From Octopus sinensis (lineage: Eukaryota): DNA of 64,000 bases. Of this stretch, positions 1 to 12,359 are shown in pieces. The stretch's first letter is position 1, and every line of letters begins with the position of its first letter. The translations under genes and the position numbers were made by a program. The DNA is taken from NCBI RefSeq assembly GCF_006345805.1, contig NC_043017.1, positions 15,500,001-15,564,000 of the forward strand, in the 5' to 3' direction. A model generated the notes under the pieces. The model was not told the DNA's origin and searched no databases. It saw nothing but the letters and a program-made list of their open reading frames with translations.

Positions 1-1789
1 GTTCTCTCTGAAATACTGCAGCAGGTAAAGTCTTAGAATCATCCATTAATATAAATATTCATCTTGTCACGAACTAATAATCAATAACTTGTCAAACAGA
101 ACGGAAAATCAAATATTAAATACATTCACCATCTTTGCTAACTTTTACTTCTGTTTTGCCCCTTTTTTCTTTTGTATTTTTTAACTGTTTTTTGAGGGGT
201 TTTCCTTCGGGCTTTTTCAGTTTTTTTTTTCAACGATAAAAGTGTTTTTTTTTTCCTTTTTAATTGGAGAAAAAGAAAAAGTTATTTATGTAAAAAGAAA
301 CTATTAAATTTTGCAAAAAATATTCTTTAACTAAATGAAAGCTCCATGATCTTAAAAGATTATAGAAATCAATCTAAATTTAAATCATTTGTCGACATTT
401 GTTGTTGTTGTTGTTGGGGGGGTTCTTGCTCTTGGCATTCTTGCTCTTGGCATTCTTGCTGTTGTTGTTGTTGTTGTGATTATGTTTGTGTTTTCGTTAT
501 TATATAAACTGTAACCCTGTACTCCTCTGTATTCAATGCCAAGCCAAAGTATTGAATTACATTCCCTTCTCAGCTGTCGTAACAGACATCATTGTCCGGG
601 TTAAGGAGTGCAGATATGGCTTATGGTTAGATCCTCACTTCACAACTAAAAGGTCTCTGGTTCAATCACAGTGCACAGCACCTAAAGCAAATGTTTGATA
701 TCATAGCCCAAGGCCAACCAAATGTGAATGAAATTTGGTCGACAGGGATGGAGTGGAAGAAGAGGAAGCGATTAGCTTCAGTTCTTGAATGGCAAACTTG
801 ACCTTTCGCCCAGTTAACACAAATTCTTATCCTTCAGATATCTTTAGTGTGGAGTCCACTCTGTTGCAAAGATTTGGACAAGGTCTTCCTTCCTTTCTTC
901 CTTCTGCCAACATCGAAGACACTTACAATGATATTACTTAAACAGCTTTGGCGCCACGTCTCATGGTTTCGAAACATTTCGTTTGGCACCAAAACAATTT
1001 TTTTCTTTCACACTTTCACCTCGACTTAACTTTACCCCATCCCCACCTCTAAATACAATAGCTACACATTGAGATGATAGGAAGTTCAAAGCCAAATAAA
1101 TCTAGAGTAAGAAGACTTATTTGGGTTCGGGTTATTTTTGAGGGCTTGAGATTGGAAAAAGACACAATTTTAACACGGTTGGCACCTTTACGTATTATCA
1201 TCAGTGGTGATGGCGGGAGGGGTTAGCTCACTGCAGAACCAATAAATTAGACTTGTTATTGAAGTTGTTGTTCTGGTTGCTGTTGTTGTTATTGTTGTCT
1301 TCATCATCATAGTTGGCATTGTTGATGTTGCTGTTGTTGTTGTTAAAGGTGGTACTGTTATTATTGTCATCATCATCGTTGTTCTTGCTGATTTCATTTG
1401 TGCTTCCATTTTTTTTTTCTTATATAAAATGTGACTTTGTACTCATAAAAGCCTGCAAGACTGTGAGGAGGCAGAGAGTAAGATACTCTTGAACCAGAAA
1501 CCAAACCCAAATATTTGCCATGGACTAAACCCTGCTAAAGGTACCCCAGGCAACATGGTGGTAGACCAGGTGATGGATTAAGTAAGTCATGACGGAATTT
1601 TAACTCGGAATGTGAAGATCCTGGAGAAATACCACAAGGCACCAGTCCACCCCCACCTCTCTAGATTGCTACTTTATTTATCAACCCCTGAAAGAATAAA
1701 ACGTGAAGTCGACCTTGGTGGGATTTGAACTCAAGGGTGTCAAGGATCGGAATGAGAGGCAGGCATCGGTTGGCTTAGAGAATTAATGA

Positions 1790-1903
1790 GGGGGAGGAGG
1801 AGCAGGAGCAGGAGGAGGAGGAGGAGGAGGAGAAGGAGGAGGAGGAGGAGGAGGAGAAGAGGAGGAGGAGGAGGAGGAGGAGGAGGAGGAGGAGGAGGAG
1901 GAG
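1790..1903. repeat. (GGA)n purine-rich trinucleotide microsatellite
   Basis: Direct reading of long GGA/GAG runs; explains the poly-R/G and poly-P/L ORFs at 1740-2063. Confidence 0.95.
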
Positions 1904-3412
1904 ACGATGAAATAAAACTGGAGGAAAGAAAATCAATTGTTAATTTGATTTCTGGTGTTGATATGATCGGACATTGTTGTTTGGATGAGAGAGTCACATG
2001 ATGTGGCAACTTCCGGAAAGGTGTGAATGGAGAAAAAAAAGCGAACAATTTAAAAAAAGACATTTTGAAAGTGTCGAAATAAGTGTACGTGGCTTTGGCA
2101 CTTTAATGTCATCGACATAATGGTAGAGGGGGCGGGGGGCGGCGACGGTACTACTGCTCCTACTATCGTTGTTGTTGATGATGATGATGATGATGCTGGT
2201 GATGGTAGTAAAGAGGTTTATAAGATTGTAGTGGTGTGGCGTGGTGGTGGCGTCGGTGTTGGTGAACCAAAATAAATTTCACCACAGATAATCAGATCAA
2301 GCAACGACGTGTGGGTGTCAACACCACCATCAGCATCATCATTACCATCACCCTTATCAGCATCACCATCAACATCATCATCACTGTCATCTTCATCTTC
2401 ATCACCAGCACCAATACGACCATCACCAACAAAAGTTAATCGACTCCATAAACTACCAACAACAATACCATCACCACACCACCATTGCCACCATCCTCAT
2501 CAGCATCAGCATCATCATCAGCATTGATATCCTCCCCACTACCACCATCACCGATACTAGCACCAGGTTAGATAATACAATCCTACAGACACACAGACAG
2601 AATGAGTGACAGTGAGTAGGTGAGAGCTCAATACGATAATACAGAGTCGGACTCAGATAAATTCCAACTTGACTCGCATTTGTCACTCTTCATTAGAAAA
2701 GGGAGGCTGAACTTAGTTTCATCTTGATTTGACGTTGATCGCACACCTTTGATATCACCAATGAGTATGGTTATTGCGTCACTTTGGCCTCTTGAAACAG
2801 CTGTCAAGTTAAGACATTACGTACGAGGTTCGATGAAAAAGTATCAGGACTGTTGTTGTGGTAACAGAGCTAAACTACGCAGAGTGAAGCCATTTGGCAC
2901 AGAATAAACTTGTACTCCAAGTTATAACGTTCTCAATCACTTCCGTTGTTTACATCAATGCTTGGAAGGAAAGTGTGTAAAATGTGGTCGGCTCAAAAAG
3001 ATCGGGTTTCAGCCTCCATTTTGTCGAGGAAGAGGAAAAGGTTTTGGAAACCAACAGAAGACAGGGGACAACTCGGAAGTCTATGGCTACGACCTTGAAA
3101 CCAACAGAAGACCTCGACAAAGGAAATCCAAAAGACTGTGACAGGCTGCCTGTTGCGATCCGAGAAAGGAATTCCAGCATCGTTTCCATCAATGGAAATG
3201 ATGCTGGATAAAGTTTGTTGCTTCAGAAGAGGATGACTTCGAAGAGGCTCCAATCACCAAACGATTGCATCAGACGTCGTCTTTCGTTCTATATTTTGTC
3301 TTTATTTTATATTCTATATTTTGTACTCAATGTAAATTGCCTCAAGCCTACGTTTATCAACTTTACCACCTCCCCTTCTCTCTTCCTTTCTCTCTCTCTC
3401 CCTCTCTCTCTC

Positions 3413-3451
<39 letters not shown>

Positions 3452-4203
3452 ATAAACCTCCCCTGTTCGAAGGTTATAATGGACAAAGGTTCTTGTGTCA
3501 CATAGCAAGCTAGAGGCGATGGCCCCCTGGAGCTAATCAACGGCAGCATCCGTCCTATTTTCCTGGACTGCCATGTTAGCTTGGCGATAACTATTTATAT
3601 ACATATACATATATATATAGAGAGAGAGGGGGGGGAGATGTGTGTATATATATTATATACCCATGTCTAGATGCATGTAAAATTAACTTTTGTAAAAACA
3701 AATCTGTACGTTTGAATATTTTTCATAAAGAATATAAACACACACACACACACAATCTCTGTATGTATATAGGGAAAAAGATCTGAGCCCTCATCCATCT
3801 CGTCCCCGCTCCATCCTTAGCTCTCCCCACTATGCTACAGAGTTGACAGAAATATGGCAACAGTTTTCACTTTGAAGTTGGAGCCCCTTCGATTCCCCCC
3901 TCTTCAGTGAGGGGGGGGGAGAAAAAGAGAGGAAACATGTTTCCACCCTAAACATAAAAAGTGCCGCACATCGCTCTCTCCCCTCCCCCTCTCTCTCTCT
4001 CCCTCTCTCTCCCTCCCTCACTCACTCTCTTCCTCACTCTCACTCTCTATCTCTCTCTCTCTCCCTCTCTCTCGCTCCCTCCCTCTCTCTCTCTTACCCT
4101 GCATATCTCTTTCTTTCTCTCTTCTATCGGAGTTTTGGCTGTTATTGTTTCTTGTTTGCAACACGCAGACATACGCGTTCGCGCGTGCGCGCCTGTGTGT
4201 ATG

Positions 4204-4234
<31 letters not shown>

Positions 4235-4538
4235 TGAATAATGTGTCTGTGACAAGGTGGTAGCAAAGCGAGAAGGGTTGCCAAAGAGAAAGAGAAAAGG
4301 GTTTTAAAGAGAATAAAGAGAACGGAAACAGATAGATAAAGGGAGAGACAGAGGGGGGACAGACAGACAGACAGACAGACAGACAGATAGATAGATAAAA
4401 TAGAATAGATAGATAGATAGATAGATATAAATCAATAGATAAGACAGTATGTTCGTGCAGTAAATGTAACGATCCTTGTCCATGTTATGTATTTGTTTTA
4501 CGCACACACACACACACACAGACACACAGACACACAGA

Positions 4539-4574
<36 letters not shown>

Positions 4575-4953
4575 ACACAGACACACAGACACACACACGC
4601 ACGCAAACACGTATCCATCATTCATTAAGTATCTCCTTTGCAACGGTTTCGGCCCCCTTCGGCCCCGAAACAACGAAGCCAACGTTATTTAAATCAAACG
4701 CCGTCATTTAATTCGTTAACATTAAAACATCTTCTCGTTGTTGTTGTCGTCGTCTTTCATCTTCGTCCATCGATTACTTCAAATAAACGTTGATGAAAAT
4801 TGAGGTTAAACTTCACTTTAAACATTGCCAGCCATAAATATGGCCTTTCACACTCACAACCGGCCAATTAATATGGTCATGGGTGTGTGTGGGTGTGTGT
4901 GTGTGTGTGTGACACCATGCTGGTTCTAACCCCCCTCCTCCCCTACATATGTA

Positions 4954-6747
4954 ATGAAAGTAAATCTTTTCTCAGTTGATGTGTGGTTCTCTAACTTAAA
5001 ACATTTCGCCCTGAAATTAACCCCCAAAATGCCGATGCCACGGTGTTTAATGCCGTATCAAACGTTGGTTAACTATTCATTTCTCGTTTCTCTGATGATT
5101 CTCTGTAAACATGTAGTTTCTTCTCCTTCAATTACTTCATTCCGAAGACATTGGTTAAGACGGAACCTTATTCAATGCGAACCAATTGCCATTAGTCTGT
5201 GTCAAGACCTGCCTTATAATCTGACTGGGTTTCCGAATCTCCTTAATGATCACAACCAACACGCAGCCAGTATCGGGTTACACGAATTCTTGCTGTTGAT
5301 CGAGTCGCGGTGTTCTCCCTACAGTCGATTCTTCCTTTGTCTTCTTTATACACCTGTCTGTAATGAGGAATACAGCCTCATCCTACCTCCTTGTCGAAAA
5401 GTCTGTAAACGTGTCCAAGAAGACTGCGAAGACCTGATGAATTCTTTCGGTTTCAAATGGCCGGAATTTTTTAGCTGTAAGAGATTTCCCAGTTCGGGAC
5501 TCTGTGCCAGTCCAAAAATGAGAACTGGTCGATTGACAACTCATTCTTCACATTTTTTTGTAGCTGAGAAAAGAACATTTCCACAGACAACTTCGTCACA
5601 AGACACCACCACCACCAACAACAACACCAACAACAAACAGCAGCAGCAGCATCAGTTACTTTGCCCTCCGGAACTCAGTATATCAAACAAACTAAATTAT
5701 AAATTAACCATTGGATCATTGATCATCCCGGACTGTGCAGCTCCCTGCATCGGCATGTTCTTCACAGAATCCCAGGTACAATTCGCTCGACTCTTTAACG
5801 GCATTCTCTCGTCTTTCGCCCTCGTACCCTCTGTACTCACCACTTTCACATTCATCGTCAATATTCAACGTTTCCAATACCCACAACGGGTTGTTGTATT
5901 CCAATCTTTTTGCTATTCGCTCGCTACTCTCGGCTACTATTTAGCTTTCTCCTTCCGGGACATGGTGGCATGTGTTGATATGGCCCCTGCATCGTGTCCC
6001 AATCAAACATGTCAACTTGTGTCTTTAGTCAGACAAGGAACAACAAACGGAACCTGTACCGTCAGCTTTATTATAATTTATTTCTTCAGTATGGCTGCGT
6101 CCGTTTGGTCTGTAATCTTTGCTTTGGTATGGTTCTTAGCTGCTACGAAGAAATGGTGCTCGGAAGCAATCGAAGCGCAATATCTGTATTACCATTCCAT
6201 ATCATGGGGTCTCCCCATTGTGCCGACGTCTGTTTTATTAAGCTATGGTTATATCGACGGAGATGTTCTCGCTGGCGTTTGTCAAACGGGTCTCTTTAAC
6301 ACGACCGTCCTTGTCACATCCCGGCTACTACCGCATACTCTATGTTTTCTCGTCAGCCTTGTATTTCTACTCCCTGCTTTTATATCACTGATTCGAATCT
6401 CAAAGACCAATGGACGAACAAGGAATTTGTTGCGAAAGTTCGGACTCTTCTCCGTTGTCTCTGCCACTTGTGTTTCGATTACCATCAGCTGTTTATTCTA
6501 CGAGTCCCTATACAAGGACCAGTGGTTGAGTACTTGGTACTCCCGTATCTCCAACAGTACTGAACAGGACACTTTGCCTTCCCCTGCTCATCCTGACCAT
6601 CCCCACCGTCAACAACCCTCTTTCGTTGTGTTTCTACTAAAATATACCGTTTTATATATCCACGCCATTCTTCCTGGCACGTTTTTAGCCAACTCCAAAA
6701 CTCTTCTTCCCTGTATGGGAGTATGTCTTGATAGAGCGCTGCCTTAA
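4954..6747 (+). CDS. FZD: Frizzled-family 7TM Wnt receptor, divergent Fz1/2/7-like, intronless
   Basis: 597-aa ORF. CRD has all 10 Cys (CEPI..SLC..YNLT..PNLL..RCSP..RFFLC..PVC..PPCR..C..CEDLMNSFGFKWPE..C..FP..LC). Also linker CP..DCAAPC, ICL1 RFQYPQR, WFLAATKKWCSEAIE, DGDVLAGVC and seven hydrophobic segments. PNLL/NQ/LMNxFGF/EAIE best match Fz1/2/7 from recall. True start may be ATG 5029, ahead of a signal-peptide-like stretch. Confidence 0.95.
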   Translation: MKVNLFSVDVWFSNLKHFALKLTPKMPMPRCLMPYQTLVNYSFLVSLMILCKHVVSSPSITSFRRHWLRRNLIQCEPIAISLCQDLPYNLTGFPNLLNDHNQHAASIGLHEFLLLIESRCSPYSRFFLCLLYTPVCNEEYSLILPPCRKVCKRVQEDCEDLMNSFGFKWPEFFSCKRFPSSGLCASPKMRTGRLTTHSSHFFVAEKRTFPQTTSSQDTTTTNNNTNNKQQQQHQLLCPPELSISNKLNYKLTIGSLIIPDCAAPCIGMFFTESQVQFARLFNGILSSFALVPSVLTTFTFIVNIQRFQYPQRVVVFQSFCYSLATLGYYLAFSFRDMVACVDMAPASCPNQTCQLVSLVRQGTTNGTCTVSFIIIYFFSMAASVWSVIFALVWFLAATKKWCSEAIEAQYLYYHSISWGLPIVPTSVLLSYGYIDGDVLAGVCQTGLFNTTVLVTSRLLPHTLCFLVSLVFLLPAFISLIRISKTNGRTRNLLRKFGLFSVVSATCVSITISCLFYESLYKDQWLSTWYSRISNSTEQDTLPSPAHPDHPHRQQPSFVVFLLKYTVLYIHAILPGTFLANSKTLLPCMGVCLDRALP

Positions 6748-6753
6748 TTATAT

Positions 6754-6787
<34 letters not shown>

Positions 6788-7284
6788 ATGTCTGTGTGTA
6801 TATATATATAATGTGTATGTATATAATTTTCTACATTATCTGTTTTTTTCCTGAGGTTATTCGTTTCCATTTTTTTTATCTAAAATATATTATCAAAAAC
6901 AAAACAGTTTTATATTTTCGTGTTTAAGATTTCTGTAGATTTTTTTAATAAAATGCTTTTAAAGGATTTTGGTAAAACGAGTGCCTCGTATTGGAACCAT
7001 CGTGTGTGTGTGTGTAGATATGTATTTTACATGTTGATGTTGGTTGCTTTGGTGCAAAGATTAACAATATGGCAAACAAAAAAATTAATTTCAAATCTTA
7101 TATGAAAATCTCCATATTTGATCCACACACCCCTCATACACACACATATACCTACACATAGACACACGTGGATAATCATGGATGAAATCCCATTTTTGAA
7201 GTATATTAGTAGACGTATGACGGAAAATTATTTAATATCGTGTTTGCTTCTATGAGAATACCTTTAAAGTACTAGTCTAAAGTA

Positions 7285-8572
7285 CTAGTCGCGTAGACTG
7301 GACCCGGTGCGCGTAGTCGATCCTACAGCGACTTGCGTATGCAAATGAGCTGATTGGCGCAACACTGCAAAAACTAAGTTAATAGCGAGCCCCTACTGGA
7401 GCTTAGGAAATATTTTCCAACGATATACGGTGTATATTATTTTAAAGACAAGTGCGTTTTTTTTTTTTTTCGTTACAAAACAATTAGAAGCATTGAAAAA
7501 CATTTTTTTTTTTCAAAGTAGACCCCTACAGGCGACAATTCACTTGTGTTTCCTTTGAATAGCTACGGCAAACTTCGTTAACCATTCAGCTATGCTCGTT
7601 CTCTTTCAACTGGAATTTAACCCCTGACCAACCCTAAATTATTAGACATTTTGGTCGTGGCCATCCCGCTTTGTTGTAAATCCAATACTGCATTGTTCAG
7701 TTTGACTTTAAAAAAAATTCGGCTGCTATTTCTAACAGCTGGGTGGAAGATATCTCTTGACCGAAGTTGTCCAAGGTCTGTGTTTGCTCCTTGTTTTCAG
7801 TTTCTCCAAAGACCCAACTGAACTCTCGTCTTTAACTTCAGCTGAACAGTTCCCAGTCCCAAGACTGTCCTGGTCGTGCAGACCTGATCAAAGGAGTTTA
7901 TTTCTAATCAGACGTAAAGTAACCCTTTACTTCATAGAAATGTTTTATTTCTACGTGGGGGAAATTTGGTTACTATAAGTTTACATTGAAGAGACTTGGT
8001 CGTTGACATGAGCCTCATAAGTTAACGCAGGGAACCATTTCATACGAGGCAACTAAATTCTGACCCCACCTTGTTGTCACCAGGAACCGATTTCCCTGTT
8101 GAAGCCTACAGTAAAATTACCTTGTTGGGGAGGGGTTAAGCCAATTTTTTAAAACCTTTTTTTTTAATTTTCATGCATGCTGCAGTTTGCCGTAGCTATT
8201 CAAAGGAAACACAAGTGAATTGTCGCCTGTAGTGGTCTACTTTGAGAAAAAAAATGTTTTTCAATGCTTCTAATTGTTTTGTAACGAAAAAAACGCAATT
8301 GTCTTTAAAATAATATACACCGTATATCGTTGAAAAATATTTCCTAAGCTCCAGTAGCGGCTCGCTATTAACTTACACACTGGGATCGATGTAATCGACT
8401 TAATTCGTTTGTCCTCTCTGTGTTTGGCCCCTTGTGGGTAGTAAAGAAATATATAAAAATATATTAACTTAGTTTTTGCAATGTTGCGCCAATCAGCTCA
8501 TTTGGTAATATACCATAAAGTCGCTGTAGGGACGACTGCCTAGCGCGCACCGGGTCCAGTCTACGCGACTAG
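7285..8572. mobile_element. Non-autonomous DNA transposon (MITE-like) with ~290-bp terminal inverted repeats, flanked by TA
   Basis: 7282-7574 is the reverse complement of 8184-8575 (GTACTAGTCGCGTAGACTGGACCCGGTGCGC... / ...GCGCACCGGGTCCAGTCTACGCGACTAGTAC). TA lies on both sides of the CTAGTC/GACTAG termini. No ORF. Confidence 0.8.
8375..8461 (-). mobile_element. 5'-truncated SINE 3' end inserted in the right TIR, 9-bp TSD TATTAACTT
   Basis: TATTAACTT at 8366-8374 and 8462-8470, present once in the opposite TIR arm. Insert is the reverse complement of the SINE end at ~19450-19540. Confidence 0.85.
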
Positions 8573-8584
8573 TACCGGGGGGAG

Positions 8585-8735
8585 TGACCTTATAGCGGAG
8601 TACACCTTTATTTTTATCGACCCCGAAAGGTTAAAAAGCAAAATTGACCGAATCGGAATTAAAACTCAGAACGTAAAGACGGACGACATGCCGTCGAGCA
8701 TTTTGTCCGGCATGCTAAAGAATATGCCAGCACGT
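8585..8735 (-). mobile_element. tRNA-derived SINE family 1 fragment
   Basis: Similar to 19540-19680 (tttatcgaccccgaaagg...aactcagaacgtaaagac). Confidence 0.7.
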
Positions 8736-9257
8736 CGCCGTCAATCCCATGGAAAAAATATTAATTTCACATTTTTGCACAAGGCCAGCAATTTTGAAGG
8801 AGGCGGTAGGTGGAGCTCAGTGTCGTATTTATGTGTTTTTGTTTGTCCTCGTAACATAGCAGTTCGGCTAAAGAAACTGATAGAATAAAAGCATTCATGT
8901 GGTGCCACGTGAAAGCGTTCGACTAACTTAACAAGGCGGTGCCCCAGCGTGGCCGCAGTCTTATGATTGATACAAAGAAAATGTTAGTTGTTTTATAACA
9001 GAGCAGTATCGAAGTCGGTTTAATTAGTTTTAATTAATTAATCCTTGATTCTTTCGTTGTCTCATTAATCATTGATTAATCATGATTACACACGTGGACT
9101 TGTTGGAGGTCCACAAAAATTCAAAGATGTGTTAATTAAGTAATATACCATAAAACGGTAATTAACTCGGTTTAATTAATCTAAGTCATTATTTAAATAA
9201 ACTGATTTATTTGTAAACCGTCTGAACGCAGCAGATCGTTTGAATAACCTGCAATTT

Positions 9258-9640
9258 GGCGTACCTACACAAGTGTTCCCTCATCACCACCCGACTTTGT
9301 TTCCTCATAACTTTCAGAAAAATTAATATCTTGTAATGAAATTTTCTATAAATACACTTCAGTGTGTGTAGAGTTTGATTATATCGGAATTCTGAAAAGA
9401 AGAATGATGAGCCGCACACACATTTCAATTTGTTGCGGGTGGATGAATTTTAAAAGTTTCATTTTGTAGAAAATGTGTCTAATTGTACGTCTGCGCATTC
9501 GCCTTTTTTTTTTTTGTTTTGTTATAATTGGTATCCTCACTGCCTTAAGCGCATTTGTAGAAAATTCCGTTATAAAATATCAATTTTCCTGGAGGTTATG
9601 AGGAAACAGAGGTGGGGGGGGAGGGCTAACTTGTGTACGT
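9258..9640. mobile_element. Small non-autonomous TIR element sharing a subterminal motif with the Merlin TIRs
   Basis: Imperfect inverted ends (cgtacctacacaagt / acttgtgtacg). Both arms carry cataac(t/c)ttcag(a/g)aaaatt..atat...aattttcta, also seen at 20490-20540 and 24350-24395. Confidence 0.5.
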
Positions 9641-9810
9641 AATGTTAACAGCTTAACCTAAACTGGCCTTCGAAGGGAAAGGTTGTATGACTATTTCGAT
9701 GCTTTAAGATATTATTTGTTCCAAGTCAGAAATAACCATTTCAGAGAGAGAGGTGGAACATTTTAAAAATGGTTTATAAAAGTCTATCAAAGATGGAGGT
9801 GAAATTATTT

Positions 9811-10225
9811 CGGATCTTTTCGGTTTGAACGGCAGTTTTTAACCTAATTTCTAGGTAACTAAAAAATTTTAAACTTCGTATACTGGTAGAATGTGTTTAT
9901 AAAACATCTTTTTCTCTTGGCTTTATTGAGAAAATTCTATAGTTTGTAAGATATTTGTGGGGTTTTTTCTTGAATTTCTGCAATTTCAACCAATCACTGA
10001 CGTCCATTGAGGTAAAAAAAAAAAAAAAACATTCTGTGCCGTATAAATATGTCCCTCGTTTAAGAAACAGATTGGGTTTATTTACACTTGTGAAGAAAAA
10101 AGATACCCTTCCCCCACTCCTAACCCTAACCCTAAAACAGATTGAAATGCAATAGATCGATACTAGGGTCATAATTATGGGTGACAATTTTATATGACAC
10201 CGCTAGAAAAAACTGCCGTTCAGTA
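9811..10225. mobile_element. MITE, family with GATCTTTTC..TTTGAACGGCAG termini
   Basis: Left end gatcttttcggtttgaacggcagttttt, right end aaaaactgccgttca. Body homologous to 12360-12710 and 13074-13319. Confidence 0.7.
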
Positions 10226-10823
10226 AATTTTAATTTACCAAGCAGGTAAACATTTGCACATTCTCTTTCTTTCCCTGTTTCTCTGTTTCTTCTCTTGCTT
10301 GTTACGATTTTACACCCCCTCCAATCCCTTACGACTTTCCGGCTTTTTTAATTAATTAAAATTACTCTTTAACTTCATAAAGATGTTCCCCATCCTCCAA
10401 AAAATTTATCACCTTCATTTGTACCAGCTCTCCTCTCTATCTTGGCGATCTTTCGGTATTAGTAGACGACGTCATCCACTCCCAGTACCCCCCTCCCAGT
10501 GACGTAGATAGTGGTTGGGCTGAACAAGAATGAATGGCGTCGACCAATACCGAAATATTGCCTTTATATTACATGTAATTCCTGTCTTTTCTCAGCTGTC
10601 TCTGGTCTTCTATTTACATAGGCCCCTGCTCTCGATATCACCTTAATGTAGGACATGTTGGAGGTGCTGCAGTAACTGGGGCCCAGGAGGAACACACTTC
10701 TTAGTTACAAAACTGAAGGAAGACAAGATACTTCTGATAGTTTGAACCTGTTTCTGGGGGGATGTGGAGCATCTCTCACCCTTAAACCTCTTGTCTGGAC
10801 AACTGATAGGAAATAAAGCAACC

Positions 10824-11035
10824 AAGGCGGCGAGCTGACAGAATCATTGGAACGCTGGACGAAATGCTGAGCGATGTTTCGCCCGTCACTACGTTCTGAG
10901 TTCAAATTCCACCGAGGGTGACTTAGCTTTTCCTCCTTTCGGAGTCGATAAAAATAAGAACCAGCTGAGCACTGGAGTCGATGTAATCGACTCATCCCCC
11001 CAAGCTGCCCTTGTGGCAAAAAAAATTGAAATGAT
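10824..11035 (+). mobile_element. tRNA-derived SINE family 1
   Basis: Head ggcggcgagctgacagaatc, B-box-like gagttcaaattcc, core tttcggagtcgataaaaataag and gtcgatgtaatcgac. Further copies at 19450-19680(-), 25950-26160(+), 61745-61975(-). Confidence 0.8.
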
Positions 11036-12359
11036 AATAAAAGCAGCCAAGTTATATGAGTCGAAGCAGGTCCAATGACTGTAAAAGCGTAAAAAGACTC
11101 CGTTCAGGAAAAAAGAAAGAGGCTTTTTGTTCATTAAAAGCACGTAATATTTAAAATAATCTGACATCACATTACATAAATAGTTTAGCTAATGTCATGT
11201 ATATATTATTATTGTTATTCTGGTGATGATGATGAAGGAACCGGGTAATTTCCTATTTTAAATTCGTAAAATCGAATCAGTTTTATTTTCAATTTCATGA
11301 TTAGCAATGCTTTGTGGGTGGACTCCTTGCTTTCTCTTGGTTTTATTGGGCATCCCAAGGAAATGTTTACAGATCAGCAGGTAATCAATGAAAGGCACAC
11401 AATAGCTCCATTATTCAGTGACTTGTATTTCTTGGTGTGACCGCCGTGGATTATTGAAGAATTCTCCTATGTGCAACATGCAGTGGTAAAAACAGTTAAT
11501 ACCTAGTTTTAACACCCGACCACCAAAACAAAAAAGAAATGTCTAGTAAACGAATCTGAAAACCAAAATGTGCGCAAAGAATTTCGGAAAATTCATGCGA
11601 TCCGATTTTTCCCCTCATAGCTTTTTGGAAAATGGATATCTTTCAATGAAATTTTATATAAATATCTTTCAAACGACATAAAATTTGATTATAAAGAAAT
11701 TTGTGTGGGAAATTTTTTCCAGATTGTGGGTGAGGAGAGGAGTTCCGTCAAGAAGACCACATAAGTTGGAATTTCTCCGTTTTGAGGGCGATTTTTCCGA
11801 TTGTTTCCCCCCCCCCCATCCCACCCCCCAACTTTCGAAATGATGGGGAGCATCTTTCTATGAAAAAAAGGTTTGGAAAATTTTATTTTTTCTCCCCTGC
11901 CCCCCTAATGGATGATACCACTGGACCACACGCCTGTTCCATTGGTCGGATATATAAGTAAGCATCAACAAAAAAATGGTAATTTAAATCTTTACGCCGA
12001 CCTTAATTTAGTGCGGCCGTGTGTGTGTGTGTGTGTGTCAAAAAAAAAGGTAAATTTTTAGATTAACACCAGCACAAATTTCACTAAGAAAGAAAATACC
12101 TCGGATTTTATTGCGTGGAATCAAGTACCCTGACCTAATATGCTGCAAATCCCTTATTTTGGTTCAGTAAAAAGGGGGTGGGAAACCGGATCCTCCCCCC
12201 CATCCCGGAATCATTGGAATTTTTTAAATTCCAATGACTTCCTAATAAGCTGCAAAACCCATTTTGGGTCCGGAAAACGGGGCAGGATGAGGCGGAAATT
12301 TTACCCACTTCCCAACATTTTACAGAAATAAATTTTACAGACTGTGAATTACATTTATA

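Noticed and set aside
2755-2815. Possible hammerhead (GAAACAGCTGTC)
   Set aside because: The helix III palindrome is present, but there is no CUGANGA core or stem I partner.
2822-3290. Mariner-like TIR start (TACGAGGTTCGATGAAAAAGT) with a possible transposase remnant
   Set aside because: No partner TIR was found and no convincing protein motif; too weak without a database search.
1188-4711. Many short ORFs rich in T, R, P, H, CV or LS
   Set aside because: They are translations of (TTG)n, (GGA)n, (CAT)n, (CA)n and (CT)n microsatellites.
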